A stretch of 64,000 bases of DNA from Macrostomum hystrix (GCA_950097015.1 CATNEN010000001.1:11718001-11782000), one strand, 5' to 3'. Counted from the first letter of the stretch, positions 38,592 to 53,500 are shown. Notes: generated by a model from the sequence alone, not told the origin. Made by a program: numbers and translations.

Positions 38592-41500
38592 TCATTTAGA
38601 CGAGCCACTACGGGAACTAGAAAAAGAATTCCGATTTGCAATTGAACGCCGCTTAGTCTTGACCAGGTCGGCTATGGAGAGGTCCAAAGAGGGAGACGTC
38701 TGATTCGAACCAGCGACATCATCGAAGCCGGCTTCGTCACCGTTCGGACCAATCAGGACGGAATCTTGACTGCGACGCTTCCTAGAAGTTGAAATAGTAG
38801 ACGGAGACTCAGTTGAACCTGATTGGCTGGTTTCTTGAGGTTGCTGCTGCTGCTGCTGCTGCTGCTGTTTCTTGTTGCTGAATCGTCTCAGGCCGGGTTG
38901 CCTAGCAGCCGAAGCCGCGGGAGGTCGCGGACTGTCCAGCGAAGCCAGCAGGCTGCTAGTACTGGACAGCGAAGGCAAGCCGGCAGCCGCTGACAGGCGG
39001 GCAATCTTCTGCCTCTGCAGCAAGCTGGAACAGTTTCGGCTAGTTGAAGCCGTTGGCAACGCGGCACACGAAGACGATTTGGTGGGGGTAGTTTGAATGG
39101 CAACTGCCGGCAGTTCGATTCCCAGCTTGTCGCTGAGTCGACTGCGACACGCGGAGATCAGCGAATCAGCGGCGGCATTCGTTGGAGCCGTTGGGGGCAG
39201 GTCCACTGAGGCCAGATCGCTGAGATCGGTGAAGTTCATCAGGGGCACCCCACAGACCAGCTCGCTGTTCATCGATCGACGCTGCATAAAAAATTACATG
39301 GCGATAGCTGAGGCACGAGGATCAGGGGATGGGTGGCGATGGAGCCCCTGAAGGATCAGGGGATGTGTAACGATGAGGTTCCTGAAGGATCAGGGGATGG
39401 GTAACAATGCAGTTCCTGAAGGATCAGGAGATGGGTAACGATGCAGTTCCTGAAGGATCAGGGGATGGGTAACGATGCAGTTCCTGAAGGATCAGGGGAT
39501 GGGTAACGATGCAGTTCCTGAAGGATCAGGGGATGGGTAACGATGAAGTTCCTGAAGGATCAGGGGATGGGTAACGATGAAGTTCCTGAAGGATCAGGGG
39601 ATGGGTAACGATGAAGTTCCTGAAGGATCAGGGGATGGGTAACGATGAAGTTCCTGAAGGATCAGGGGATGGGTAACGATGAAGTTCCTGAAGGATCAGG
39701 GGATGGGTAACGATGAAGTTCCTGAAGGATCAGGGGATGGGTAACGATGAAGTTCCTGAAGGATCAGGGGATGGGTAACGATGAAGTTCCTGAAGGATCA
39801 GGGGATGGGTAACGATGAAGTTCCTGAAGGATCAGGGGATGGGTAACGATGAAGTTCCTGAAGGGAACTTCCTGAAGGGACAGGTAACGATGGTGTTCCT
39901 GAAGGATCAGGGGACAGGTAACGATGGAGTTCCTGAAGGATCAGGGAAAGCACCGGTCGCACCTGCAGATTGTAGGCAGCCACGGATCTGCCGGGCTGGG
40001 CCAATCCGGCCAGGCCCAGAGCCTGCAGGCCGGACCACACTCGCACGCCGACAAGCCCGCAGGCGTCGCTGCCGCGCTCCGGATCCAGCAGCATGGCCAG
40101 CATACGGCCTTCGTCCCAGACTGCCACAACCAGGCCGCGAATGTCCACCTCAACTGGAGCCGGAGCAGCCGCTGATGATGACGACAACGGCATTGGTGGC
40201 AAAGGCCAGCGAAGGAAGCTGCGAGGGCGGTGACGAGCCATCAGGATTGAAGCTCGCTGACCGAGGTCTAGCGGCTGGAGTAGGCCGCCACGGCTGAGGT
40301 TCAGGCAGAGCTGAAGGTTTGAGGGTAGACTGCTAGCTGATGTTGGTGTCAATGGGGATCTTGGAATTTTATGCGGGGATCTAGGAATTCTATGCGGGGA
40401 TCTTGGAATTTTATGCGGGGATCTAGGAATTTTATACGGGGATCTTGGAATTTTATATGGGGATCTTGGAATTTTATATGGGGATCTTGGAATTTTATGC
40501 GGGGATCTAGGAATTCTATACGGGGATCTTGGAATTTTATACGGGGATCTTGGAATTTTATGCGGGGATCTTGGAATTTTATGCGGGGATCTAGGAATTT
40601 TATGCGGGGATCTAGGAATTTTATGCGGGGATCTAGGAATTTTATACGGGGATCTTGGAATTTTATACGGGGATCTTGGAATTAGATATTTGATGTCTGA
40701 ATGTCACTTGAACTAATAAAATGTCATTTTGGGAGGTTAGAAAAAAAATTACGAACTCAAACTCACCCGGTGCCCAGCAACAGCGGAGGCTCCGACATTG
40801 GCACCGACTAGCAGCAGGCCGCAGCCCTCGCGCAGCCAGCTATCGACACCGTCAGCCGGATTCCAGATGGTCAGCATGGCGACGGAGCCTCCACCATCGT
40901 CGTTGTCCAAATCGGCGTCTTCAGCACCGACGACCAGTAGACGAATCAGAGGCGTCACCTGGCGTTGCCTAGGCAACAGGCCGGCGTCATCGCGGGTGCT
41001 CTGCCGCAGCAGCTGCTCCCTGTGCTGAGCCAGCTGGTCTCGCTGACGATCAGTCAGCCAGGCTTGCAGCTCGTCGGCATTCAAAGCCGAAGTCAGCGCG
41101 ATCAGCAGCTCCTCGCCTGTGGCCAGCTGGGCCAGCTCTTCGGGCTGATAGAGGCGGCGACTTCTGGATTGATTCGAGCTGGATAGCTGGGGAAGAATGA
41201 GGATGCGAGAATGAAGTCGAATGATTGTCATTCCTAAATTCTACCACTTGCTCTTTCTATTTGCTGATTGGCTGGTAAATTTAAGGATTGTCATTATTAT
41301 CAAATTCTAACCCCTTACCCTTACTGTTCGCTGATTGGCTGGAAAATCGAACTAGTTCTACCCCTTATCCTTCCCATTCGCTGATTGGCTGGCAGGTTAA
41401 TTGATTCTGATTTTTTTACTTCTACCCCGCACCCTTTCCTTTCGTTGATTGGCTGGCAGTCAGCGAAGATTCTCTCCGTCCCTCCCTCCCTAAAGAGATA

Positions 41501-44500
41501 GCTCGTAATGAGAATGAAGAGTTTATTCTTCATTAATGAGACAGAAGTTAAAAACCTGTTTAGCCGCAGCGTCTTCAAATTTCCTGTGAATTTCAGTTTC
41601 AAACTCCCTAGCCCTGCGTTCCTCGGCTCTAGCACTGCGAAACACTCGACTACCGCCTTCGCTAGCACCGCCGCCGCCGCCGAAACCGTTGAAGCCATCG
41701 TCCAGGCGTTCCATGAACTGTCGCGGATAGAGTCTGCTCACAAACAGTCTCAGGGCACCAGATTTACCGCCATCGGATTGCAGAGTGCTCAACGGCACAG
41801 GAATCGGGCCGATGGAATTCGACTCGCAGAAGCCCAGCTTAACACCCGCTGAGCATCGTCGAGTACTGTTGCCATGGAGACGGAGAGCGGCAGAGGCTGG
41901 CGCTTCTAGCGGGGCGCAGGCTTCAACGCAGCCAACTAGCTCGGCCTGGCAGGTGATGAGGCGTGTGCCTACTTTGATGAGGCCGGCTGATGCTGCTCTA
42001 GACAATAGGGAGTCGCATTGGCCACCAATGCAGTACCAGCCGTCTGTTAGCACTAGCTGGAAGAATTCATTGTGATTAAATTTCTCTACTAAAAGCAGCC
42101 AGGTTAGCAACTTAAAAAGGGAAGGTAAGACAAGCAGTATAAGTTTGACTCTTTAAGAAACAAGTTATAAATAAAGCATGAGCTGAGCATGAGCATGAGC
42201 ATGAGCTGAGCTCGATTCCGCGGCGAGGCCATATTTATTTGGAGCGAAGGCTTGGGGGCCAACCTCCAAGGCACAGTGAGAGTGTACACTGCCTGACGAT
42301 AGAAAGTCAGGGCAGATGTACACACCTGTGTGAGAGTGTGCTCAGGAGGGAGCGAAATGGGTAGAATTGCGTCCTCGAATCGCTACTGTCTAGTGTCATC
42401 AAATGATATGCCATCATTGCCCACAGCATTCCTTTAATTATTTAATTATTACTAATATTATTATTATGACAATATAAAAACAAGACTAGAAGTGGAGAGG
42501 AGATGTGAGTAGACGAACCAGAGCAAGAAACATAACAACGTGAAGGTGAGTTGATTGTAAGTTTAGTTAAAATCACCTTGGGCTGTTTCAACTGCTTTTC
42601 GTCTTGGCCGATCAATTTTATGCTGGCCACCTGCAGAACCATGCGATGACTGCACGGTGAATCGCGCTCCAGAATTCGGCGAATACAGGGTCTGAAAATG
42701 GTTGCGAAGCGGCGAGAAAGATAATTTAACCATGAGAGATGAGGCATGGAACAGATGAGACATGGGAGAGATGAGACAGAAGAGAGGAGACATGGGAGAG
42801 ATGAGACATGGGAGAGATGAGACAGAAGAGAGGAGACATGGGAGATATGAGACATGGAGAGAGATGAAACGGAGAGAGATGAGACACGGGGAGAGAGAGA
42901 TGAGACACGGGAGGGATGAGACACGGGAGAGATGAGACACGGAAGGGATGAGACACGGAAGGGATGATACACGGAAGGGATGAGACATGGGAGGGAAGAG
43001 ACACGGGAGATATAAGACACGGGAGATATAAGACACGGGAGATATAAGACACGGGAGAGATGAGACACGGGAGAGATGAGACACGGGAGAGATGAGACAC
43101 GGGAGATATAAGACACGGGAGATATAAGACACGGGAGAGATGAGACACGGGAGAGATGAGACACGGGAGATATAAGACACGGGAGAGATGAGACACGGGA
43201 GAGATGAGACACGGGAGAGATGAGACACGGGAGAGATGAGACACGGGAGAGATGAGACACGGGAGAGATGAGACACGGGAGATATAAGACACGGGAGAGA
43301 TGAGACACGGGAGAGATGAGACACGGGAGATATAAGACACGGGAGAGATGAGACACGGGAGAGATGAGACATGGGAGATATAAGAAACAGGAGAGATGAG
43401 ACACGGGAGAGATGAGACACGGGAGAGATGAGACACGGGAGAGATGAGACACGGGAGTAATAAGACACGGGAGATATAAGACACGGGAGAGATGAGACAC
43501 TGGAGATATAAAACACGGGAGATATAAGACACGGGAGATATAAGACACGGGAGAGATGAGACACGGGAGAGATTAGACATTCCTGAAAGCTGAAAACTTA
43601 TTAGCTATCCTCAAATTTAAATTTTTCAAAATTTGAAAAACAAAAGAATGAAAAACCTATGCTAAAATTTATAGTAAATCGTTAAATGGCTAAATTTTTG
43701 TTTTAAGATTAACTTCTAACGCATTGAAAAAACGAGAGAGAGAGAGAGAAAGTAGTCGAAGAGTTTGCAGTACTACATGATAAGCCACCTGATGGAGAAT
43801 ATTGCAGAAGTAGCACAAAATAATCGCACGCTGTACATATAATTGAATTTAGTCCGCACTTGATAGCATTTCACGCATACACAAAATAGAGAACTAATTT
43901 AGAGTAGAAGCAAAATTGATTACAAACTTAATTATCATTACTTGTACATATGTTAAAGAACTAGAAATACCGTATTATGGATGAACAGGAAGACAAATTG
44001 AGACTAGATCGACAAGAGAAGAGCAAGGCAGCTAGCCCAGCTGCTAGGCAACAAGAGGCTAATAGAATGAGAGAAGACCGCGCCAAGTGTGCGGCAACTC
44101 TCAAGTCTAGAATGATCATTTCTTATTTATTGCAGATGCTAGTTTGGATAGCAGCGCTTTAAGGCTTTGTCTCAAACAAAAGAGACAGACAGAGAGATGC
44201 AAGTCCATGAGTCGAGTCGGTGAGTGTACATCGAGTTGAAAGGAACACTCCAATCTAACGGGTGTCCTAGGAGGTATGGCCTGGGGGTTGTTAATGTACG
44301 CTAAGCCTTCTAGTAATTTTACAATATTTTTTTCGAACTTAAAAACGGACAATAGATTGGATTGGGTGAGTGAGTTACCGAGAGAGACAAGAGGCAGAAG
44401 CAGACAGACAGTAAAACACCTGATAAAAAGCAAAACAGATTGCAGCTTTATAGTTTTTTATTTTAACACCGACCTTCTCTCTGTCTCTATTTCACCCTGC

Positions 44501-47500
44501 CAACGGAGAACGAAAGGGCGAGAAAGAAGATTAGTAAGTAGAAGATAGAAGCGAGCGAATTCTAGCTCGGAAGACAAAATTAGTTGAAGATAGCACGCAA
44601 TCATTGGCTCTGTCACACTAGCTAGCCATGCCGGAGGTGCGAAGAATGACTCTGGCAGTCAGGCCTAAGAATCAAGTTGGCGTAAGTAGAATCAAGCGAT
44701 AAATTGCTTTATTTTCGATTCGAAATCATGAGCTTGTTTTCAACATATGAACGTATGTTTGTTTTTAGTTCGGCCTCGTCGACAAAACGCCGAAGCTGCA
44801 GGTGGATATGAATGACGAACGAAGCGTAGAGAATCTGTCCCGAGTGTGCAACTTTCTCATGCTTGAAGGCAAAGTCTGCCTAAGAAGTTTGTTCGACGCC
44901 AAGCATCCGAAGGATGAAATCATTGAGCACCTGGCTTCGCCGGACATCCATCGAACCCTGCGCCGTCTGAAAATCAAGGATATGCTCACAGACGAGGACT
45001 GGCACACGCTCTATCCGAAGGAGAAATCCGCCGTGTCCGCAGACAACTATGATCTTCGCCTACTGATCTTATTGGTGAAGTACACGTGCGAGATTGCAAA
45101 GCCGCAGCCGAACGGTTGGCTAGGCGACCCGGAGCCGCGAGATGAAAGTCAAGGCGCGGCGCTGCAGCGGCTGCTAGGTATTCAACGCGAGCTAGCTTCG
45201 CTGCGTAGTTTGAAGCCCAGCGCGGCCAACCGACTGTTTAGTCGCATTGCCGACCAGCTGCAAAGATTGGGTCACACAAACGCGTCGGCCTGCATGAACG
45301 CGTATAAACAGGACGCCAATATGGGCGAGACTGACGCGTACTATATACTAGACGAGTTTCTGACCTGGTACAAGAAGGAGCTGAGTCAGCTGGACCGGGA
45401 GATTGAAAGTCAGGAGCGAAAGAAGAAGCGCGACAAAGAGATACCGATCCTGCAGAAGAAGCTGAAGACGCGAGATTTGGACACTTCGGAGACAAAGAAG
45501 CGGCAGTCTGTTGTCGGAAAGGCGACTATGGATATAAACGACAAGTCGCGCTGTCAGAGATGGGCGCACATCAAAACTGGCATGGTGCTGGAAGAGCGTC
45601 TGATACTAGATAAGTACTACGAGCATCTACTAAACGAGGTGAAGGCCGACACAGTTGTTGAGCATCTCATGAGCAAGGAGATCATCAGCCAAGACGAGAG
45701 TACAGAGATTTTTGCGACGCTGCGCAACAATGAGCAAATGTCAACGCTAATCGACTTTTTGGTGCCGAAATCTGGCAACGTGTTGGACGAATTCGTAGAA
45801 TCTTTAAAACCTAAGAATGAGCAGCTGTACCTCCAGATGTATCAGGACTATCAGGCTGCCAAGGCTGACATCCTAGCTAATAAGCCGCGTAAGTTTTTGA
45901 ATAACTACGAGTAGAAAAATTGAACTGCAGATCGTACAATCAGAATATAAAAGCCGTCTGGTATAACATTTTTAGAGGGTCTACCTTATTGCAACAACAT
46001 GCTGCGAGAGCGATACGCAACTACGTACAACAAATGGAATCCGATTCCGTGGTACACAAAGGTCGAGACGGACATTGCTGAATTCTATTGTCAGCAGCAG
46101 TTACTCAATTTGAATGGGTAAGTTAAAATCAACTGTAATCATAAGTTCGCGAATGATTTTTAAAATAGTAACTTCTCTTTTCGATTGCAGAAAGTCCGTT
46201 CACCCTTTCCAAGTTTTCGAACACAAGGAAGGTGAAAAGGATCCCCACACTGTCGTCATTGAGGGTGATCCAGGAACAGGAAAGAGTACCCTGGCAAAGT
46301 ACATGGCTTACAAGTGGGCCTCTGACGAGAACGTGTTTGGTCGACAATTTCAACTGCTCATCCTGCTGGATTTAAAAGTGACAGCTCCGACAGTGAAGGT
46401 GATGATGATGGAGCAGTTATTTGGCAGCGAGTGCAAGCTGGCTGAACGAGAGATCTGGGAGGTGATGAACATCAACCAGGCCACTACACTGCTCATTGTT
46501 GACGGCTACGAGGACAACCTGAACGACGAAATGAAAAGCCTACTCTTCGAGAATATCATGCCGGAGTTGCACATACTGGTGTTTAGCCAGACCAACTTCA
46601 CGGTCAGGCTGATGCATCGCTACCAGAGGAAGGTCATTTTAACCGGTTTCGCAAAGTCTCAGGCGGAGGAGTACGTTCAGAAGTACATCAAGCTGGCTAA
46701 AAAGCCCTGGGACCACTTTGCTTCCTTCCTTAACAAGCTGGCAGTAACCAAGAAGACAACCGAGCTACAAAAGCTGCTGGATGCAGCTAAGAAGTCGCAG
46801 GAGCCGCAAAAACGCCGAGGTTCATCCGAGTCGGTCACGTCAATTTCGTCTGGCATGCCAAAGGACGAGCGAGGCTTGGAGAGGGAGAACACGGACAAAG
46901 TCAGCACAAAGCTAAGCCGCAGCTCCAGCAAAGGTATCGGAGCGGATCAGCAGCAGCAGCAGCAGGAATCGACAGGAGAAAACGCGAATCAGAGCAAAAT
47001 CGCTTCACTTCGTCACTACTCCCAGGTGCCGCTCTACTGCTCGTTTTTCTGCCTGCTCACCGACATGCGGATGAACATCGATCTGAATTCTCCAACCACC
47101 ATTGTGGAGCAGTTTGTGTCCTGCATCAAGCTAAAGCTGATCGAGCGAGAGAAGGAAAGCCGGTTTGAGGCTAATCGCGCCTACGCCATGCTCTCCGAAC
47201 GAGCAATGGACACGATGAAGAAGGGCAGCGCGACCTTCATGTTAGCCCGAGAGGACAGCATGATGACAAAATTTGGTCTGATTCAACTTGCTACAAATCT
47301 AACCGCAGAAGACAACCAGCGCTACATGTTCGGCAACCGTCTAATCCAGGAGTACCTGGCTGCTAAGTACCTCGACACTAACGGTATCGACGAAGCTAGC
47401 CGATTCTTTCAGAACATGAGCATGACGCCGATCTCATACAATGTGGTTGTTTTCTACTGCAGCATTCGCAAATCAGATAACGACACGGCCGCCACAAGGG

Positions 47501-50500
47501 AGCTTTTCTCCAAAATATTGCAGTACAACAAGCGACGAGGCAAAGCAAGTCGAATGAAAATGCCTGCGGTTACATCGCCAGACGACAATCAGCTGGTGGA
47601 AGGCAAGATCATGGACTACCAGCTCAGTCTAGAGTGCGTGGCCGTCATGGACATGGCGCGCCGCGATCTGGGAAAGAAAATTGTTGAATCACTGCCGGAG
47701 CGCTTCACAGTGAAGCACGAAGGCATCATACCAAGACTGTCGCTCACTGGGCTCTCCAAGATGATCAAGTTCAACCACACAACCATCCAGGAGGTTGATC
47801 TACGATTGGATCTACTGGCTAAAGAGACACTAGAAGCCTACAAGAGCCTGGCCACAGCTATGAAGACCAACGTGCACATCAAGACTCTGCGAATCTACTG
47901 GACAGAGAAGGACTTGATGGCGGACTTCCTGCAGACCGTCTGTTGCACGGAGCCGGAGGATCCAGGAAGCGCTAGCGTCGGCCAGATGGAAATCAGACGC
48001 AAACGATCGGACCAGAGCGGCTTCCACTTGAAGAATCTAGAATGCATTGACGAGTCGGGCAAGAAGCTAGACCAGCTGACACCAAAGATGCTAAACAACA
48101 TGCGAGAGGCCTGCTCCAACATGACCAAACTTGAGACATTCGCGTTTCAGAACTGCCAACACATGGCACTGGTTGGCAGCATTATTAAAAACTTGCCAAC
48201 GAAATCAGCGGACAATCTGCGCATTCTGGACTTCTCCGGCTGCCAGATGAGCATTGTGGCGTCGCAGGATCTCAACGGCAAACTGGTGGAGAGTAAGAGC
48301 CTAGAGGGCCTGATCCTGGCCAACCTGAAAATTGACGCCATGGCTTTCAACACTTTCATAGCCGCATTCTCCAGCAATCGCACAATCATCCTGCTGGACT
48401 TGAGCGGCATTCGTCTGGACAATGTCTGCTTCTTCTCGCTGTCGGAGGCATTAAAAATCAACAACAAGCTGGAAAAGCTGTTTCTACGCCAGGTGCCCAT
48501 GGATACCAGGGCCTGCAAAGAGGTGGCCAGAATTCTCAAGATCAATAAGACTCTGAAACTGCTCCAGGTGTCGCAGGATGTCATCAGCGAGGAGGGCCGG
48601 CGAATTCTCGGCGAAGAGAGCCAGACTGAGGCGCGCAAGAATCGAGCCATTGTGGATGGCATCGGCATGGAGTACAGGCAGAGGCCGACCAATGAGAGGG
48701 CCAACACTAAGCGGAATCCGCAGTCTGCCAAGTAAACTTAGTAACAGAAGAAAAGTAACTTTCAGAGTTTATAGAATATTTTTTGAAGTACAGCTTTAAC
48801 TTGCTCTCTGCTTAATTAACGCATGTTCGAGTGAAACATTGACTAAAGAGACTTTATCCAACTACACATTAATTTATCTAGATAGAAATTTTTACTGTGA
48901 TCGAAAATTAATTACTAAGGGTACGGTATCACTCTTTAAATCCGCTTATTAAACAAAAACTTTGTACACATTTACGTTCGTAAGACTTTTTGTTTACAAA
49001 CAGTTTAACGACTTTTATAGTCATTGATTTTCGAAGACGGTATGCACTTCTCTCGAGGAAATGAATGATGAAAGTGACTGAGCAGCACTGACTAGAAGAA
49101 AAATTCGACCCAGTTGACTAAGACAGAGAAGCTTACAAAGCGAAGAGAGTAAGATTAATTAGTTGGTAGATAAGGCAAGGCCTGGAGAAAAGTTAATGAA
49201 TGGGAGGACCGCTCAAACTGTTGCCCCAACTCAAGCCTGGTGGCAGTCATCGAGATAGCGGACGAGAAATTCCCCACTTTTTTTTAACTCGAAGCCGGCG
49301 TATTGGAGACAGCAACGCCGGCACTACCACTACCGCCTCTAAAGAGGTCGAATAAGAGACTGGTTTGATTAAAACCCGTCGACTGGCTGCTGGTACACAC
49401 ACGCATGCGCATAGATAATATACGTAGTAGTGTGTCTGTGTCTGATGCCCATCAGTATCTCCTTTATCACTAAGCCATAAATGGGATACGACGAGAGAGT
49501 GGGAGTGGGAGACTGATGGGCAGTAAAAGCGAGAGCGAAATCTGGGAGCAATTATAGAAGAAACCCCCGATTGAGAATGAGTCGGAAATGAATGCCACAG
49601 AGTGTGTGCGAGTGCGCGCGAAGAACGAAATGACCCAGAGAAGTCTATTTAGAATCTATACGGAGCACTGCTCAGCGGAAGACTGGAGAACTTGATTGGC
49701 TGCCAAAGAAAAAGAAAATGAAAGAAAGGAGGAAATACAGCGGGCGGGCTGGAATGAATGATAGGGGTGGGGGACGAGCAGAAACTGGGAGGTATTCAGA
49801 GGATGGGGAGTATTTTGCTGAATTGAGTTCATCGACTAGCCAAGCTTCGCTCTTCAATGGGAGATAATGACGGCGCATAAGAATGAGGCCTCAGAGGCGG
49901 CGGCGGTTGCGGAGGCTGGGGATGCCGGAACCGCGAGCGAACGAACGAATGAAAAGTGCCGGGAGACAGTCTAGCCGGTGCAACGTTTTGAGCATTTTGA
50001 GCACAGCTGGCAAGAGCGAACGAATGGGCCCACTAAGGAGGAGGTCCCGCTAAGTTAATAGCTTGCCTCTTACAAAGTTTCTGCGCCGTCAATAAAGTAG
50101 TGTTGAGACGAGAGGATTAAACTGAGATTCGGCTCAAGCCAGCTCCTTGGTAATCTGATACCTCAGTTGTAAACAGAGCGACTCCTCCGCAGACAAAGCC
50201 TTCACATTCTCCCACCTGTCTAGTTCTCAAGTAAGCTTCCAGCCTGCATAGGATAACAGGCAGAGAGTTTATAAAGCATGGTGAATGACAAGGAAGAGCG
50301 AGTTTGCCTAGTGCCTCCGAGCAAACAGGAACAAAAGCAACAGACGCAATCTGAGACAATCGCTGTGGCGGTTTGTGTCAAAGATAGTTCGACGTCTTCT
50401 TCGTCCACAGCGACAGCAGCAGCAGCACCAGCTCTGTCAATAGCGGAATCAGCAGCAGCAGCAGCAGGAGCAGCGACAACTTTTATTTCAGCAACTAAGA

Positions 50501-53500
50501 AGCGTAGGAAGCTTCGCAGATCTGGCACTACCACAGCCGGAAGCAGAAGGCCCCTTAGCGGTGTCGGCGGAAACAGCAGCAGCAGCAGCAGCAGACGCGT
50601 GCTAGTTGGTAAGAAGGCCAGCCTAGTTGCCATCGGATCTTCGAAAAGGCACGCCAGTAAGAAAGTAAGTTCTTGAACAAAAATAATCAAGTAGGAACCT
50701 TTAAGACATCCTTCTATCTTATTTCTTATCCCATCTAGTTCATCAGGGTGTCAGTTGCTATGCCACCCAGTTTATCAGGATGTCAGTTGCTATGCCACCC
50801 AGTTCATCAGGGTGTCAGTTGCTATGCCACCCAGTTTATCAGGATGTCAGTTGCTATGAAACCCAGTTAATCAGGGTGTCAGTTGCTATGCCACCCAGTT
50901 CATCAGGGCGTCAGTTGCTATGCCACCCAGTTTATCAGGGCGTCAGTTGCTATGCCACCCAGTTCATCAGGGTGTCAGTTGCTATGCCACCCAGTTTATC
51001 AGGATGTCAGTTGCTATGCCACCCAGTTTATCAGGGCGGCAGTTGCTATGCCACCCAGTTCATCAGGGTGTCAGTTGCTATGAAACCCAGTTCATCAGGG
51101 CGTCAGTTGCTATGCCACCCAGTTCATCAGGGCGTCAGTTGCTATGCCACCCAGTTCATCAGGGTGTCAGTTGCTATGCCACCCAGTTCATCAGGATGTC
51201 AGTTGCTATGCCACCCAGCCGACTAAAAGGAGATTAAACAGGGAAGCAAAAGAATCAAGACTAAAAATAGAAATAAGAATCTAGAGATTTCTTAGAATTG
51301 CGACAAGAAAAAGTTCTTTTAGATAAGAAAAAATATGTAGAAAACGAGACTGCTTAAATTAAGATATAATAAACTATTGATCAACACAGGCTAAAAGGGC
51401 ATCCATATGCTACACTAGAAATGTGTCACGACTTCTTGAACCTCTTGACTCGTAGCAGCTTCTCAATCTCAAAGAGACAGAAAAGTGCTTTCGGAATTTG
51501 CCTCTCTTACCCCAAGCTTCTCCGTGTGAAAATCAAGCAGAAAGATGGACTACGGAAGAAAGGAAAGACGAAAAATGAGAAGAGAAGAAAATCAAATTGG
51601 AGGTGGTTCTGTCATCCTGCAAAACAGCCATCTCTCTATCTCTCTATCTATCTATATTGGGCTCTAAGGGTAGAAAAGCTAGCTAGATAGCTTAGAGGCA
51701 TTCAGATTAAATTATCGAATGATTTAGGCCTTCATCTTTATCTATTAGACCTTCAACTGTATGACAGACATCCTAAACCAACCCCACGAAAAATCGCAGT
51801 TCAGATTTACGGGATCTACTCTTTCGAATATCATAATTTTCCTTCATCTCCATCTGCATAGTTTTCATTCTTTATTCTCTGCCCGACCTAATATGATAAT
51901 ATATTGACATAGCCAATGGGTATATAAACTCACCGCAACTTGAACCAAAAAACTTTCTCTTCTAAATCTGTGGCCAGATATCAGACCATTTCAACGGTAT
52001 TAACAAGCTGGCACAGAAGCGAGCCCTGATGCGCTCCAAACAGATCGATCAGCTGTTGCTAACCGATCAGGAGGCTAAGCGGAAGGAGATTCACCTGCTA
52101 CTTATTGGTTAGTAGTATTAATCTCGCAATCTGACTACTGATTGTTCACAGCGTGTCTGTACTTAAGAATGTAGTCTAAGTCAGGAGAAGAATGCAGGAG
52201 GATTAGGGGTCGGTGGCAGAGCGTTTAACGCGTTTGCCTCTTGCGTCAAGGTCCCTAAGTTAAATTTCGCGGCGAGGCCACATTCATTTGGGCCTCGGAG
52301 AGAAGGCTAAGGGGATTCTCGTGCGATTCACGCCCCCGAGGGCCAACCTCCAAGGCACAGTGAGTGAACACTGCCTAGTGATGAGAAAGTCAGTGCAGAT
52401 GTACAGGTTAGCGTGTGCCTGCGTACGGTATCTGTGTGAGTGTGAACTCACAATGCAGCGAAATGGGCAGAATTGCCTCCTAGTGACACCAATGATTATA
52501 GGTGGCTGTTTAGGCCTACCATTCTGTGGATAGAGGCTATGCAACTAGCTACTTTCAACGAATATAAATATTTTAAGCAACAAGTCTTCTTTCGGCATGT
52601 CAATTCTGTAAAATTATCCCAAAATGAACTTGTTCAAGGAGGCAACGGCTGCGGCAAGAGCACCCTAGTGAAGCAGTTTCGCATCCACTACGGCGACGCA
52701 TTTCCAGACGATCAACGCAAAGCACTGGTTGGACAAGTTCTGGAGAATCTCGCCGACGCGGTGCACATTGTGCTGGAAAATATGCGCACTAGGGATATCT
52801 GGTTCCATGACCCCTATATAAAGGTATGACCTTGTTAGCACATTTATTACATGTGAATCTAACTTAGCATCCAATACGTCGGCGAGAACCAATTTTTGTT
52901 ACTATCAATTGATTTTTCAGTGTCTCTACTTTATCGATTTGATTTTTTAGTGCCGCAGCTTAATCAATCAAGTCTAGGTAGTTTATTTTATTAGGTGTAC
53001 AAAATCGTCTTTCATTCGCAGGACATGATGGAAGAATTTCAAGCCTATTGTCCGAAATTCAACAGCCAAATTTTTCGCCACTCTGGAAAGCAAGTTGACA
53101 TTGAGAATAGTATTCACTACGCCCATGTTGACTTTGTTGACGAAGACACTTTAACTTCGGCGCCTACTGACACAGACCTGCCAAGCAGTTGTTGCCATGG
53201 CGACACAGCCGACCTGTTACAGTTCGATGTGGGCTACAGAGAGGCCAGGCGAAATCACCTGGATCTAAATGGACTGGATGGACTGACAACTAATGGAGGC
53301 GGTGGTGGCGGCGGCGATACAGCCTCAGCGTCACTCATAATTTATTATAATACTCAGGTAAGAGGCCCCAGAAAATTATTCTAAGATACCTTAAAAACAT
53401 AAGTAAAAAGGCTTCTGAAATATCACGTCAAGAACACGTCACGCCATAGATCACGTATTGGAAGGATGACGACAAACATTTTTGGAAGAATGACGACAAA

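Noticed and set aside
42290-42320. Hammerhead ribozyme core (CTGACGA...GAAA) in SINE family B
   Set aside because: Only 2 nt separate the motifs, so there is no stem II; they form part of a simple hairpin and are not conserved in other copies.
32684-48735. IAP + CARD-NLR as a functional cell-death gene cluster
   Set aside because: Only proximity supports it; the genes are ~10 kb apart with unrelated genes between them.
51421-51690. Extra G-alpha exon or small basic protein
   Set aside because: The flanking exons already join in phase 0, and no convincing splice pair or homology was found.
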